64,000 nt of DNA from NCBI RefSeq assembly GCF_006345805.1, contig NC_042997.1, positions 157,976,001 to 158,040,000 on the forward strand, written 5' to 3'. The notes beneath the pieces are model-generated. The model made no database searches. It was not told the DNA's origin and saw only the letters and a list, made by a program, of their open reading frames with translations. The stretch is from Octopus sinensis (taxonomy: Eukaryota). A program made the translations under genes and the position numbers. Shown here one piece after another: positions 52,341 through 64,000 of the stretch. Within the stretch, counting starts at the first letter, position 1, and the number at the start of each line of letters is the position of its first letter.

Positions 52341-52439
52341 TATACAGCCAGCCCTGCACCTATAATGTTAATATTTACTCTTGGATTATGTCTATTTTAC
52401 TTTTTCTGGGGAGAAGGTGATGCATTTCCTTTTATTTGA

Positions 52440-54000
52440 GCAGCTCGTTCCAGGAATCTCTTTGATTTTCAGACATTCCTCAGCTCCTACTGTTATCTTT
52501 CATTCTATAGATTCAATGTTGCCTTTCAACTTGTAGTTCTATATCCAAAGCTGAATGGAAACAGTGTAGCAATTATTATCCTCATCAACATTATTATATT
52601 TCAGGATTCTTATCTATAGGTCATGTTTTTATTACATTTCCAAGACATATCCAGTCATGCTGGTCCTTAACAACCATATCATCTTGATATCAGTATCTTT
52701 GTGGGTTGATATATCGCAATGTATGGTCATTTCTCATTGTCTGATACTTTTTCTGCTGTATATACATACGAACTTATCTTGGTCGATATTTTATAATACC
52801 AGTATAACAAGTCATTGGTAAAAATATACTCAAATACCAGATACAGGTAGTGTAGAACATGGGTAATGAGGAATTGGAGTTCTTTCCCGGACATCGTTGA
52901 AAACATTATATAGAGGTTCCTATGGAGTTTTGCATAGAGTTAATGAAGATATACTGAGGTGGTAATGTTGCTTGGTGTTATATCTCCTTGTTACATGAAG
53001 TACAGACATAATCGTTGGAATACTAAGACGCACTAAAATTTATTTATTACGGCAGCTGAAATTGTTCTTTACTATTTTATTTTCTGTTCATGACTCACAT
53101 GCCATCAAGTCTACATTGAAACGTTGTTCAGTATCAGCTTTTATATGAAAAACAGTGGGATAGTATATTTGTGTATGTTGGCTTTTGCCGACATTATATC
53201 GCAATGCATGCGGATAACACCTAAAACTCTGATATTTCCCTGTCTAGCAAACACATTGGCCTCTTCTTCAATATATTTAAGAGGTAGATAAAGCTGAAGA
53301 ATGAAGTTCTGCTTTCGTATATATTTCATGAAACGTGATTAAGAGTATATGAGTAGGTAGACATTCAAGTTTTAATTACAAATTTCCAGTAGTGAAATAT
53401 TTGGCAATCTAGTGAAGGAAGTCGGGTTCTCTACTTGTGTTGTCATGTACTCTTTGTGGCTATGTTGTCTGAGATAATATTAAATTTTGTGCTTATATTT
53501 ATATCGTAATTAAGCAAGTGAAATTTTATTATTCAGGTTTATCATTGCACCATTAAATGTACTTTACATTCAAGCAGTGTGTATGTAGGTAATTGATTTT
53601 GGATGATTTGAAAGATTTGTATGTTAAATCTAATTTTATGTATATTAGGATTACGTTTTTTTTGTTTGTTACTTGGTATTGCACTAGTTAACTGTGTACG
53701 CTTTCATAGAATTGGAAGGTGTCTCTGTAAATATGTGCTGCAGGGTCTGTTTTATTGATCTGAAAGTGTCTTGTGTAGTATTTCAGCAATACTTTGTAGT
53801 ACTATCGTTTGAATATGTCAATATGGTGTTTTCATTTCGTTCATGTATTTATCTTATACAATCGGTGCACCATTGAATATCTTAATCAATTTTGCTCCCG
53901 TAGGCTACATTTAGATTATTTTAAGACACTTGTCCTTTGCTAGTTCTTTGATAATCGTAGAAACAATATTTTGTTTAAAAGTGATCAAAGTCCCCTACAG
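52440..54000 (-). mobile_element. Second decayed R4-like RLE-LINE remnant
   Basis: Frameshifted AEKVSDNEK/TIHCDISTHKDTDIK/DMVVKDQHDWICL/TxPIDKN resembles PEKVxxN...WDxxxHTD...DxVxKD...CxxID.xP.D.N. Extent uncertain. Confidence 0.5.
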
Positions 54001-54284
54001 AGAAGGTATAAATGAGTTTGATACTCTTAGAGTATCAATTTGTTTTAGTTGTCAACAGAGGCAGAAACCTCAATATTATCTTAGTCATGGAATCCCAATT
54101 TACTAGATTTTGTATTTGCCAAATTTGGAAGAATAAAAATCTGCAATGTATGTATTTTGTCATCCTCTTTTATGATTCAGCCGATTCATTGTCTTTAATA
54201 ATCACTACTACTAGGTAGGTCAGAGTAGTAAAAAAGACGACAATTTAATTACTGAGAATGTATATATGTATGTATATAGTTTTT

Positions 54285-54580
54285 CTTTTATTTGTTACTT
54301 GTTTAAGTAGTTAGACTGCGGTCCTGCTGGGCTACTGCCTTGAAAACTTTTTAGTCGAATGAATCGACCTCAAGTATTTATATTTTTGAAGAATGCTACT
54401 TATTCTACCGGTTCCTTTTGCTTAATCGCTTGGTTACTGGGACGTAAACACATTAACATCGGTTGACAAGTAGTGGTGGGGGACAAACACAGACACAAAA
54501 GTACATACACATACGCACCCCCTCCCATACACAAACACACACATACACGCACATACATGACGTGATTCTTTCGGTTTCTA
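54285..54580 (-). mobile_element. Degenerate SINE 3' half (family of 5122)
   Basis: GACTGCGGTCCTGCTGGGCTACTGCCTTGA...GAATCGACC...GGACGTAAACACATTAACATCGGTTGACAAG. Confidence 0.8.
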
Positions 54581-54589
54581 ATCATAAGG

Positions 54590-57500
54590 CTAGATCATTT
54601 ATCTGCGATGGTTTCAGCCAGAGGTTGAAACCACGCTGAAGGAACGCTTTTCAGTGTGTTTATACTTCTTTTCTGTAATGTTTTCAGTGAAGTAACGTGT
54701 TGGACTGAGATTCATTTAATTGCGCCTCTTTCCGCGATGTGGGTTCATCTGGTGTCTCAGATAAAATTTTGTTCAGAAGTACTTTGAAAGCGTCCACATG
54801 TACACCACGCAAATCTCCGAGTTGTTTGACAAAATATTGGACAGTTGTGAACCCTTGGAACACAAGCTGTTACAATCTTTATTCTAGATGGAGAAGACGG
54901 GATCTTTGGTACTATGCAATGCCGTTCAATTCGGTGGGAGCTAGGCCTTCCAAATCTTCCATATGTATACCACTCCATATGTATATCACTGCATTTCTTT
55001 CACGATGAAGTAACGAGTCGGACTGAGCTTCATTTAATTGTGCCTCTTTCTGCGATGTGGGTTCATCTGGTGTCTCAGATAACATTTTGTTCAGACGTAT
55101 TTTAAAAGTCTCCACATGTACACCTCATAAATCTCCGAGGTTGTCTGACAGAATGTTGAGCAGTTGTGGACCCTTGGAACACAAACTGTTACAGTCCTTA
55201 TTCTAGATGGGGTTTGGTATTATCCAATGCCGTTCAGTTCGGTGGGAGCTAGACCTTCTAAATCTTCCGTATGTATCATTGCAAATCTTTCACGCCTTCC
55301 CTCTAGGTACTAGATCTTTAATTCCTTTAGCCTCTCCCAGTAGCTTATCCATTTCACCAAGTCAATCTTCTTTGTGTAGTGGCACTGCATTATCCCAAGT
55401 TCCGTCCCCAGTTTGACACTTTGCGGTGACCACAGTTGGGAGCAGTAATCCAGACGACTGAGAGGGAGAGGAGGGTTCTCTATAGCAGTAGTATAGTATA
55501 TATAGTATCCTTTTTCCTTTTTCTGAGAAATCTCGGAATCAATCCAGCTTCTCGCCTGCACAATGCTACCATCTTGGTAACATGCATGTGGTATGTTGCA
55601 TCATTAATCATGTGGATTCCTAGGTCATGCATCAACTCTGACTCTAGGATCGCACTACCCTTGGTCCTGTGTAGTGCGATTGTATTTTATTTGTGGGCTG
55701 TGAGTGGAATCATTAAAACTACTCAGCATTGAATTGCATATTATTTTCATCAACCAATTTTTATATTGAATTCAAGTCCTTGACCACGGCACTCGTCCGC
55801 CTGCATTAGCTTAGCTAGTGAGAGTGACTGGATGTATGGCTGAGGGAATGTCTGAGAGAGACACAACAAATAATAGCGGTCCCTGTACAGTTCATTGAGA
55901 GACTCTACTGAGAGAGCACTATTGGCTGCAACTGTCCGAATTTTGACTTTTAAAATGTCACACATCCGCTCTCTGAGGTTTCCAGCGATACCAGTCTCAC
56001 GCAGTTTGTGACATATGATCAATTTTGTCAAAAGCATTGGCAAAGTCGAGATATATCACATGCACATCTAAGCGGCTGGACTGCTGTTTCAGTAACCAGT
56101 CATAATGCTGTAAGTATTGTATGAAGCAGCTTCAGTCTGGAGTGAAGCAATATTGTGTATTTGAGCGAGTTATTATCTTCCAGAACGTCATTAGTTTGTT
56201 TCTGAAATTGCGTTCCTTCAATGACCTTGCTATCGTGTGAATCAGAGACAAAGACTTGTAATTTTTAGCATCTACTCTGTTTCCAATTTATGAACAGGGC
56301 ATATTATACCTTCTTTTAACAATTTCAGAAGGTAACTCCGAAAAATTATCTGTAGTGGTTTTGCGAGAGCTTTCTTGTATATCTTTAAAAGAACAGCTGG
56401 AAATTTATCCGGGCCACTTGTTGAGTTCGAATTCATCTCATTAATTGCCGATAGTCCATCTTCCTCCTCTACGCCGATGTAATCGATTGTTGCCACTTTC
56501 CTATGTAGATCTGCAGTATTGAAAAGCTCATCATTCTTGCTTATTTACATGTTTTTAAGTGGAGACGTAAAGACACGTTGAACTTATTTTTTAACACATC
56601 AGCTATCCTCCTGGGGTCTGTAGTTAGTCGTCTTCTTCAAACGGTAGCCATATCTTCTCGTGCACAAAGGTAGAGGTTTTCAAAAACTTGTAGAAGCTTT
56701 AAGATTCCTTTTATATTTTCTATCGCTTAGGTTTCTCTTTCTACCCTTTCCTTTTCATGGATCTTTAAAATTGCTTCTTTGAGGTGGGATTCCTCACTAC
56801 CTTTGAGTTGTTTATTTAAGAGATGGGAAGTCTTTATTTTTATAAAGTGTACCCTGTCGCGGGGTATAAGGTTTTGTTCTGTAGTGGCTCTCTTCTCTGC
56901 CTCAAAATTAAAGCATATGATTCGCATTATTGACATGAATTCTTAAGTTTCATATCAGAGTCTTATATAGAGAGTCTTTTAAGCGAAATCTCGGGAGTAT
57001 CTGCTTTTCAATTGACTTCCAGTTAGCTTTGTTGATTAATTAGTTTTGGACCATATATTGGCAGTTCTATCATGTTGCAGTTTGAGAAGTATGTCGGGGA
57101 TATCTTCATATTGTTGGTGAAGCAGAAGTCTAATATGTTATTGTTCTGGTTGGGGAGATTATTCCATGAACAGCATTCTCGTGAGATCAAGTAAAGATTC
57201 TGGTCGATTGGGTTCTTTGTGTGTCATTCCTGAGATTATGCCACCTTCTGGCCATCTGATATTGGGAAAGTCAAGTCCATTAACACATTCATCTAGCTTT
57301 GATAGCTCTTCTTTTAGCAATGTAAAGCTTTCGTAAAATTTACAACCGTGATTTGAAGTATTGGGTATGCGATATAATTAATGTGCATACTACCACATCA
57401 AGATGCTTTAAATGAATCATGAGTGTTTTAAAGACCGAGTATGAATGTGATAACCGAGATACTGTAGTGACATCTTTATGGATCTACAATGCAACTCCAC

Positions 57501-57900
57501 TATGACTTCCTTCTTTTCAGTCTGCACACAATACAGCATACATTGCTATTTGTATCTTTGCATCATTTGTCTGCAGAGGGATATGACACCGCAAGTAAAA
57601 TGCATATTGCATGACTGCACGCAGAAAGATCCCTCAGGTACGCAATTTTGTGATTTACTGTTGTTTTGATATTTATCGGAAGACTTGTTGTCATGGTCGG
57701 CTTTGCGACAATGGTGGCCATCCTAGGTCTGTCATTTGTGGCAACCTTATGTGTGAGTATGCACGATGTAGTTTTCTTTGCAACCATGCCAACTCTTGCA
57801 TTCTTTTGTGCCGCACTTAAAAAATAAATATGCTGTTCTATATTTGTAGGTCTCACTCCAACTGCATACAGATTTTCAGTGTCCTGCTTATTTGCATTGG
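54590..57900 (-). mobile_element. Decayed CR1-like LINE with a tandemly duplicated 3' segment
   Basis: GPDKFPAVLLK, GIICPVHK, ICHKLRETGIAG, RLDYCSQLWSP, SYWERLKELK, FKIRLNKMLSETPDEP. APE remnants at about 57050-57450. Confidence 0.88.
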
Positions 57901-57924
57901 GATGAGAGCCTCTTTAGGCTGTGT

Positions 57925-58064
57925 GGAGGCGCATGAGTGGCTGTGTGGTTCCGGGTTCAATCCCACTGCGTGGCATCTGGAGTAAGTGTCTTGTTCTATA
58001 GCCTCGGGCCGACCAAAGCCTTGTGAACGGATTTGGTAAACGGAAATTGAAAGAAGCTAGTCGT

Positions 58065-58158
<94 letters not shown>

Positions 58159-58280
58159 ATGTTTATGTCTGTGTTTGTTCCCCAAACATCGGTTGACAAC
58201 CGATGGTGGTGCGTTTACATCCCCGTAGCTTAGCGTAAGTACTAGGCTTACAAAGAATAAGTCATGCGGTCGATTTAATC
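57925..58280 (+). mobile_element. tRNA-derived SINE with internal (CA)n(TA)n(TG)n
   Basis: GGAGGCGCATGAGTGGCTGTGTGGTTCCGGGTTCAATCCCACTGCGTGGCA...GCCTCGGGCCGACCAAAGCCTTGTGA...ACTAGGCTTACAAAGAATAAGTC. Confidence 0.9.
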
Positions 58281-58284
58281 TTGG

Positions 58285-60068
58285 CCAATTTGGTGTATAA
58301 GGGAGTTGATTCCGTTGCCCTCGTCTGCGCCTCATGTTAGGCTGTTGGTTCACCCGGTATTGTGGAGAGGAGGATGTCTAGTTCCTATTTGAAGACATCT
58401 GATCCCACCTTATGCAGATTTCTTAATTTTTGTGGCAGGGCATTGAAGAGCTGCGGCCTTTGAACCCTAGACTATTGCAATACCCGGTGCTGAATTTAGA
58501 TGGAGTGGATGATAACTTTGCTACAATACAATAGCAGCCATTTCTGGCATTTGGATAATACTCAATGCCGAAACTAGGTTCTAGTCCCTCTAGAGTTTTC
58601 CATATGTAGATTATTGCATATCTCTCACGCCTTCGCTCCTGGAGTAAAGTTGCAGTTTTCTCAGCCTGTCCCTGTAACTCATCCGCTGCATCGTTTCAAA
58701 AGTTTTAGTGTAGTGGCGTTGGACTGCCTGAAGCTCCGCTGTTAGTTTGACACTATGTAGTGACCATAACTGGGAGAAGTAATCCGGGCGACTGAAAACA
58801 AAGATTCTCCACAGGATCAACATAGTTTCTGGTATCTTGTCTTGAAGGACCTCAGTATCATTCCTGCCAGTTGTCTGCACTTTGTTGCCATCTTGGCAAT
58901 GTGCATATAAAATGATGCGTCATTGCACATACTGATCCCCTAGTCTTTCACTGCCTGTGACTCGAGGATTGTAGTGACTTTGGGTCCTGTATATGCAGGC
59001 TATAGTGCATTCATGAGTTGATAGTGCAGTGCTTGAAATTTTCCAGCATTAAACTGCATGTTGTTTATTTCGGCCCATTTATATATCGAATTCAGGTCCC
59101 GCTGTAAGCTTGCGACGTCATCTTAGTTTTTTATTGTTTGAGGTAATACTGTATCATCGGCATAGTTAGTGACAGTGGCTGTCCGAGTGACCATGGGCAT
59201 GTTTAAGAAGGCTATTATAAACAGTAATGGACCCAGAACAGTTCCTTGGAAGACGCCACTTGGGATTTGAGCTTCTTCAGAAAGGGCACCTTTGGCTGCA
59301 ACTACCTGACTTCTGTCTTTAAGGAGGTAATGCAGCCACTCTCCCAGTCTACCAGCAATGTCAAGGTCTCGTAGCTTATGACGTATGCCATAATGTACCT
59401 TATCAAATGTCTTTGTAAATTCAAGGTATATAACGCTGATATCTGAATCGTCAAGCAGCTGCTTCAAAATCAAGTCATCATACTGTTGGAGTTGTATGAG
59501 GTAGCGTCTTCCTAGACGGAAGCCATGTCATGTATATCATTTTCTGTTAGGAACATTATCAATTTCTCCCTAATGATTCGCTCCATTACTTTACCGACAT
59601 GTGAGGTCAGATTGATTGGCCTGTAGATTTTAGCCACTGCTCTGCTCCCACCTTTGTGAATAGGTCATATAATGCCTTCTTCCATCTTTTTAAGAAGTTT
59701 TCCATTTGTAAGGAAACTTTGGAAAAGTATCTGAAGTGGTTTTGCTAAAACTTGCTTACATGACTTCAGAAAAATAGCTAGGAAACCATCAGGACCAGTT
59801 GCAGAGCATGAGATCATTTCATCAATGGCCGCTGTTACATATGTCTCTTGAATGGTGATGTAATCGATGGTTGGTGCGTTTTTTTTTATACTTTCCACAG
59901 CTCTCTTCTTTCTCTCTGATCTTTCCCTTTCAAGAGAGAGCTTGATCTTATTTTCGATTTCCACGAGTGTCCGTATTAATATAGACTTCTATCCATCCTT
60001 CAGTTTCTTATTCATTCGCTTTCAGGCATTTGACCTGCGTCTCATAAGGATTGTCTGTCCCTGGGAAT
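58285..60068 (-). mobile_element. Decayed CR1-like LINE RT region, related to 54590-57900
   Basis: GPDGFLAIFLKSCK, YLEFTKTFDKVHYG, SGVFQGTVLGPLLFI, YADDT, DYFSQLWS, MSYRDRLRKLQLYS. Confidence 0.92.
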
Positions 60069-61085
60069 TCATATATATATTATATATATATCAAAACGGT
60101 TTGACTTAAATTCTTAAATTCCTTGGCACTTTAAGTTTCATAGTGTGATGCTAATTCTCAGCCATTGTCCACTTACTCGTATATATATATTTAAGACATC
60201 TATAAATTATGGTTGAGTTGAGGCTGACTTTTCCTTTCATTCTTTCAGGGTGAAATTACCAGTACTAGTTGAGCATTGGGGTCGATGTATTCGAAACTGT
60301 TACTAGCCTTATACCAAAATGGGGAATCAACATTATTGCTAATTAAGGTGGTGAGTTGACAGTATTGTTAGCACGTCTGATGTTGACTTTGCGTTTCATC
60401 CTTTCGAGATCAATATATTTATTAATCCTCTCTTTCAGTGTTTGAAGCCGCGTACCAATAGTAGGAAAAAAATTATTCCAGACTGAAAGGATATGGTCAT
60501 TTAGTTTCGAGGTGAGTTCATTAAAGTATGTGACATTATATTGCCAAAAATAATGTTATGTTGTTTCCATCTCTATTTGTACCTCTTACGCTTATTCCAT
60601 GAATTGCTATTCTCTACCTACTAGAATTAATAGAGTTGACTAGATGTTGCTTTGTACATCTAATTATAAAAGGTCAAACAATTGATCCTAATTAATGCAT
60701 TTCGAGGCTGGAATAAATAAATATTTGTTCATATTTTATATGATTTCACACCATTTCAATCCAAGTTCAAAATCTAATGTATCGACTATTTTTATTTATC
60801 GACCTCCAATCGATAAAATATGACATATTAATATAAATATAATTGGGTCGATTCAATAAGATGTATGACTCAAGCAAGCAAACAAACAGGCAAACAAACA
60901 AACAAACAAACAAACAAAAAAAGAGAACAGCAACAACAACAAAACAACAGAAAAATTGTCTGGCACTCAGCCAAGAAATCAATAATGAAATCAATATTCT
61001 CATTTGTTTCATTTTTCTTCTTTCTTTACTGTTTATCCCCCAGCTCCCAACTATATCATGCTTCCAGGAGACACGTGTCCAATAA

Positions 61086-61110
61086 TATGTATATATTATA
61101 TGCATACATG

Positions 61111-61180
<70 letters not shown>

Positions 61181-61186
61181 ATGTAT

Positions 61187-61273
<87 letters not shown>

Positions 61274-61356
61274 TATATGTATATATACATATATATATAT
61301 ATAATATATATATATATATGTATATGTGTATATACATATATATATATATATATATA

Positions 61357-61407
<51 letters not shown>

Positions 61408-61630
61408 GCATATATATATTTATGTATATATGTGTGTATACATATAAAAATACCTATTTATATGTATATACATACGTACACACACACACACACATATATA
61501 TATATAATATATATATATATATATGTATATGTATATATATATGCATATATGTATATATACATATACACACACAAACACACGCACTTATAGATATACATAT
61601 ATATATATATATATATACTCATACACACAC
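61086..61630. repeat. Long imperfect (TA)n microsatellite
   Basis: Seen directly. Confidence 0.95.
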
Positions 61631-62370
61631 ATTAGAAACACGAAGCAATATTTATAAATATTTGTAGAATTTAAAAATAAAATAATATATGTATTAAAAG
61701 TTTCACCATTTCTGTTGTATAACGTTAATTATATTCTATTCATAAACCTAGGTTAACAGCCTATGTATAGCTATTGGATAGGATACGTCTATCAGAAAAT
61801 ACGCCAGAGCAAAGTAAATCACCATTAAGGAGGAAAATTATGCTTGATTAAAGAGATAAATATTTATTTGGAAGGAAATAATAAGTGCTTCTTCACAGAT
61901 CGTTGGCAGACGACCAGTAAATTTGGAATCTTAATAGGGTATGTAAACACAGCGAGTCAAATGGATGTCAGTGGCACAATGAATATAGTAACGTATGAAC
62001 TTATCAAGATACATGCAATCATACATGGACGTGATATAATGTATCTTTGTGCGTGTCTGTGTGATTGTGTGTGAGAGTATATGTATGCGTGTGCGTTTGT
62101 GTGCATGTGTGTGAGTGTGTGCTTGTATGTGAGGGTGTGTGTAAGTTGGCACGAGTACACACAGAAATACACCCAGAGGCATATTTGCTCTTAAATATAT
62201 GAATATATGCACAGAACTGTCCCGTTATGGTTCTTATACTTGTATGAAAATGGTAATCACAATATAACATACACACATACATGTGCATGCACACACACAC
62301 GCTCGCATCTATATATATACACACACATGTGTATATATATGTTTAAGTGTGTATATATACCCTCCTATGT

Positions 62371-62401
<31 letters not shown>

Positions 62402-62411
62402 CATACATATA

Positions 62412-62506
<95 letters not shown>

Positions 62507-62932
62507 ATGTAGATAGATAGATTGCTACATGCGTAAAAAGCACGCGCAGATACACACATATATGTTGTGTGTGTATATATGTTGTTTCTCGTGAATATTT
62601 TATTTCTGTTTCAAACTCTTTTGTATTTTATATTTGAACACCTTGCATATTACAGAAAGGTATTGTGTATTTAGCATATGCGTTCAATTTAGTTTAGACA
62701 TTTCTTTCTATAATTATAGCATACGGTAAACTTTAGTGCAATTTATGGCATTCTATTATATGAAAATTCTGTGTTGTATAAGCTTAATTGTGTATACCTG
62801 AGTGTGTGTATGACTATTTCGCTATATAGTCATCAGTGCGTGGGTCTGTGAGTGTGTGTTTGAATGAACATATTTATGTAATGGGTTTTATGCATTTGTA
62901 CACACACGCGGGCGCACAGATACACACACGTA

Positions 62933-62971
<39 letters not shown>

Positions 62972-63227
62972 TATATAATATATATATATACATATTGTTA
63001 TTTAAAACAGTTAGCTGAATTCGGTTAACTGAGCCTGGGGAGCTAGGTTTTTCTTGGAACTCTGCAAATCTTTAAGCTGCATGGGGGCCAAACCAAACTA
63101 ACAATAGAATATGTAACACCTAATAAATGTGTTGAGTGCCTCTTTCTTTCGTTTGTACACTCACCCGTACATACATACATATATATGGACACACACACAC
63201 ACATATATATGTATGCATGTATGTATG

Positions 63228-63260
<33 letters not shown>

Positions 63261-63308
63261 GTATACATTTATAAATACACACACCCACATATATATATAT
63301 ACGTGTAA

Positions 63309-63355
<47 letters not shown>

Positions 63356-63486
63356 TGCACACATCACGCACACATCAACGCACATACACGCACGCTCGCA
63401 TGCACGCACATACACGCACGCTCGCATGCACGCACACACACACACACACTCGTACACTCACATAGACTCACACATAGTCCCACATA

Positions 63487-63635
63487 TAACGGGTCTTTTT
63501 CTGTTTCCGTCTACCAAATCCACCCACAAAGCTTCGGTCGGCCCGGAGCTATAGTAAAGGACACTTGATCAAGAAATACACAATAGAAATTTACCATGTG
63601 ATTGAAAGCCAGCTTTTTACCGCCCTGCCTCGTCC
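63487..63635 (-). mobile_element. Degenerate SINE 5' half (family of 1681)
   Basis: ACGGGTCTTTTTCTGTTTCCGTCTACCAAATCCACCCACAAAGCTTCGGTCGGCCCGGAGCTATAGTA. Confidence 0.85.
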
Positions 63636-64000
63636 ATATATGCGTTTATACACACACACACACACACACAGATTATCGAGCACACAAACCCAATGTATGT
63701 GTTTTGCTTATTCAACGGTTCGCTGTGGTATAGAGCTTGAGGGACGACTTCGTCATAACGCTGGGAATTAACCAGTGACAAATCAATTCGTCAGTCTGCT
63801 TTTACTTCGTTATTGAATCCAATCTTATGTAGCATTTTAAGAGCATTTTAATAGAGGTTAGAATTATAAGCATGTTTAAACGATCAAATGATCAAATGTG
63901 CACTTAAAATTCAACGAGTTTCACAGGGATAAGTAATATCAAAGTAAATGTTCGGCGAAGAATATAACAAGTGTACATTATTGACAGTTTGATCATATTG

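Overview
AT-rich, microsatellite-saturated eukaryotic DNA. The SINE families and repeat texture point to an octopus (coleoid cephalopod) genome; that assignment is inference. No host protein-coding gene is confidently recognisable, and most ORF-track entries are translations of (TA)n/(CA)n/(CAT)n repeats. The window is a mosaic of decayed mobile elements: at least six Penelope-like element (PLE) fragments with GIY-YIG or RT motifs, three CR1-like LINEs, a Tx1/L1-like LINE, R4/Dong-like RLE-LINE remnants, mariner/Tc1 remnants, a Helitron-like non-autonomous element and many tRNA-derived SINEs. The strongest hidden signal is a set of minimal type-I hammerhead ribozyme (HHR) motifs. Two are canonical, one is near-canonical and several are decayed. 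They sit in PLE termini that abut (TA)n/(AAT)n tracts and often occur as inverted pairs, and each family has a different short, mostly palindromic helix III. Also notable: a doubly truncated CR1-like LINE apparently lodged inside a Naiad-like PLE RT, and a mariner derivative built from two 5' ends. Coordinates were read by eye; element boundaries are approximate.
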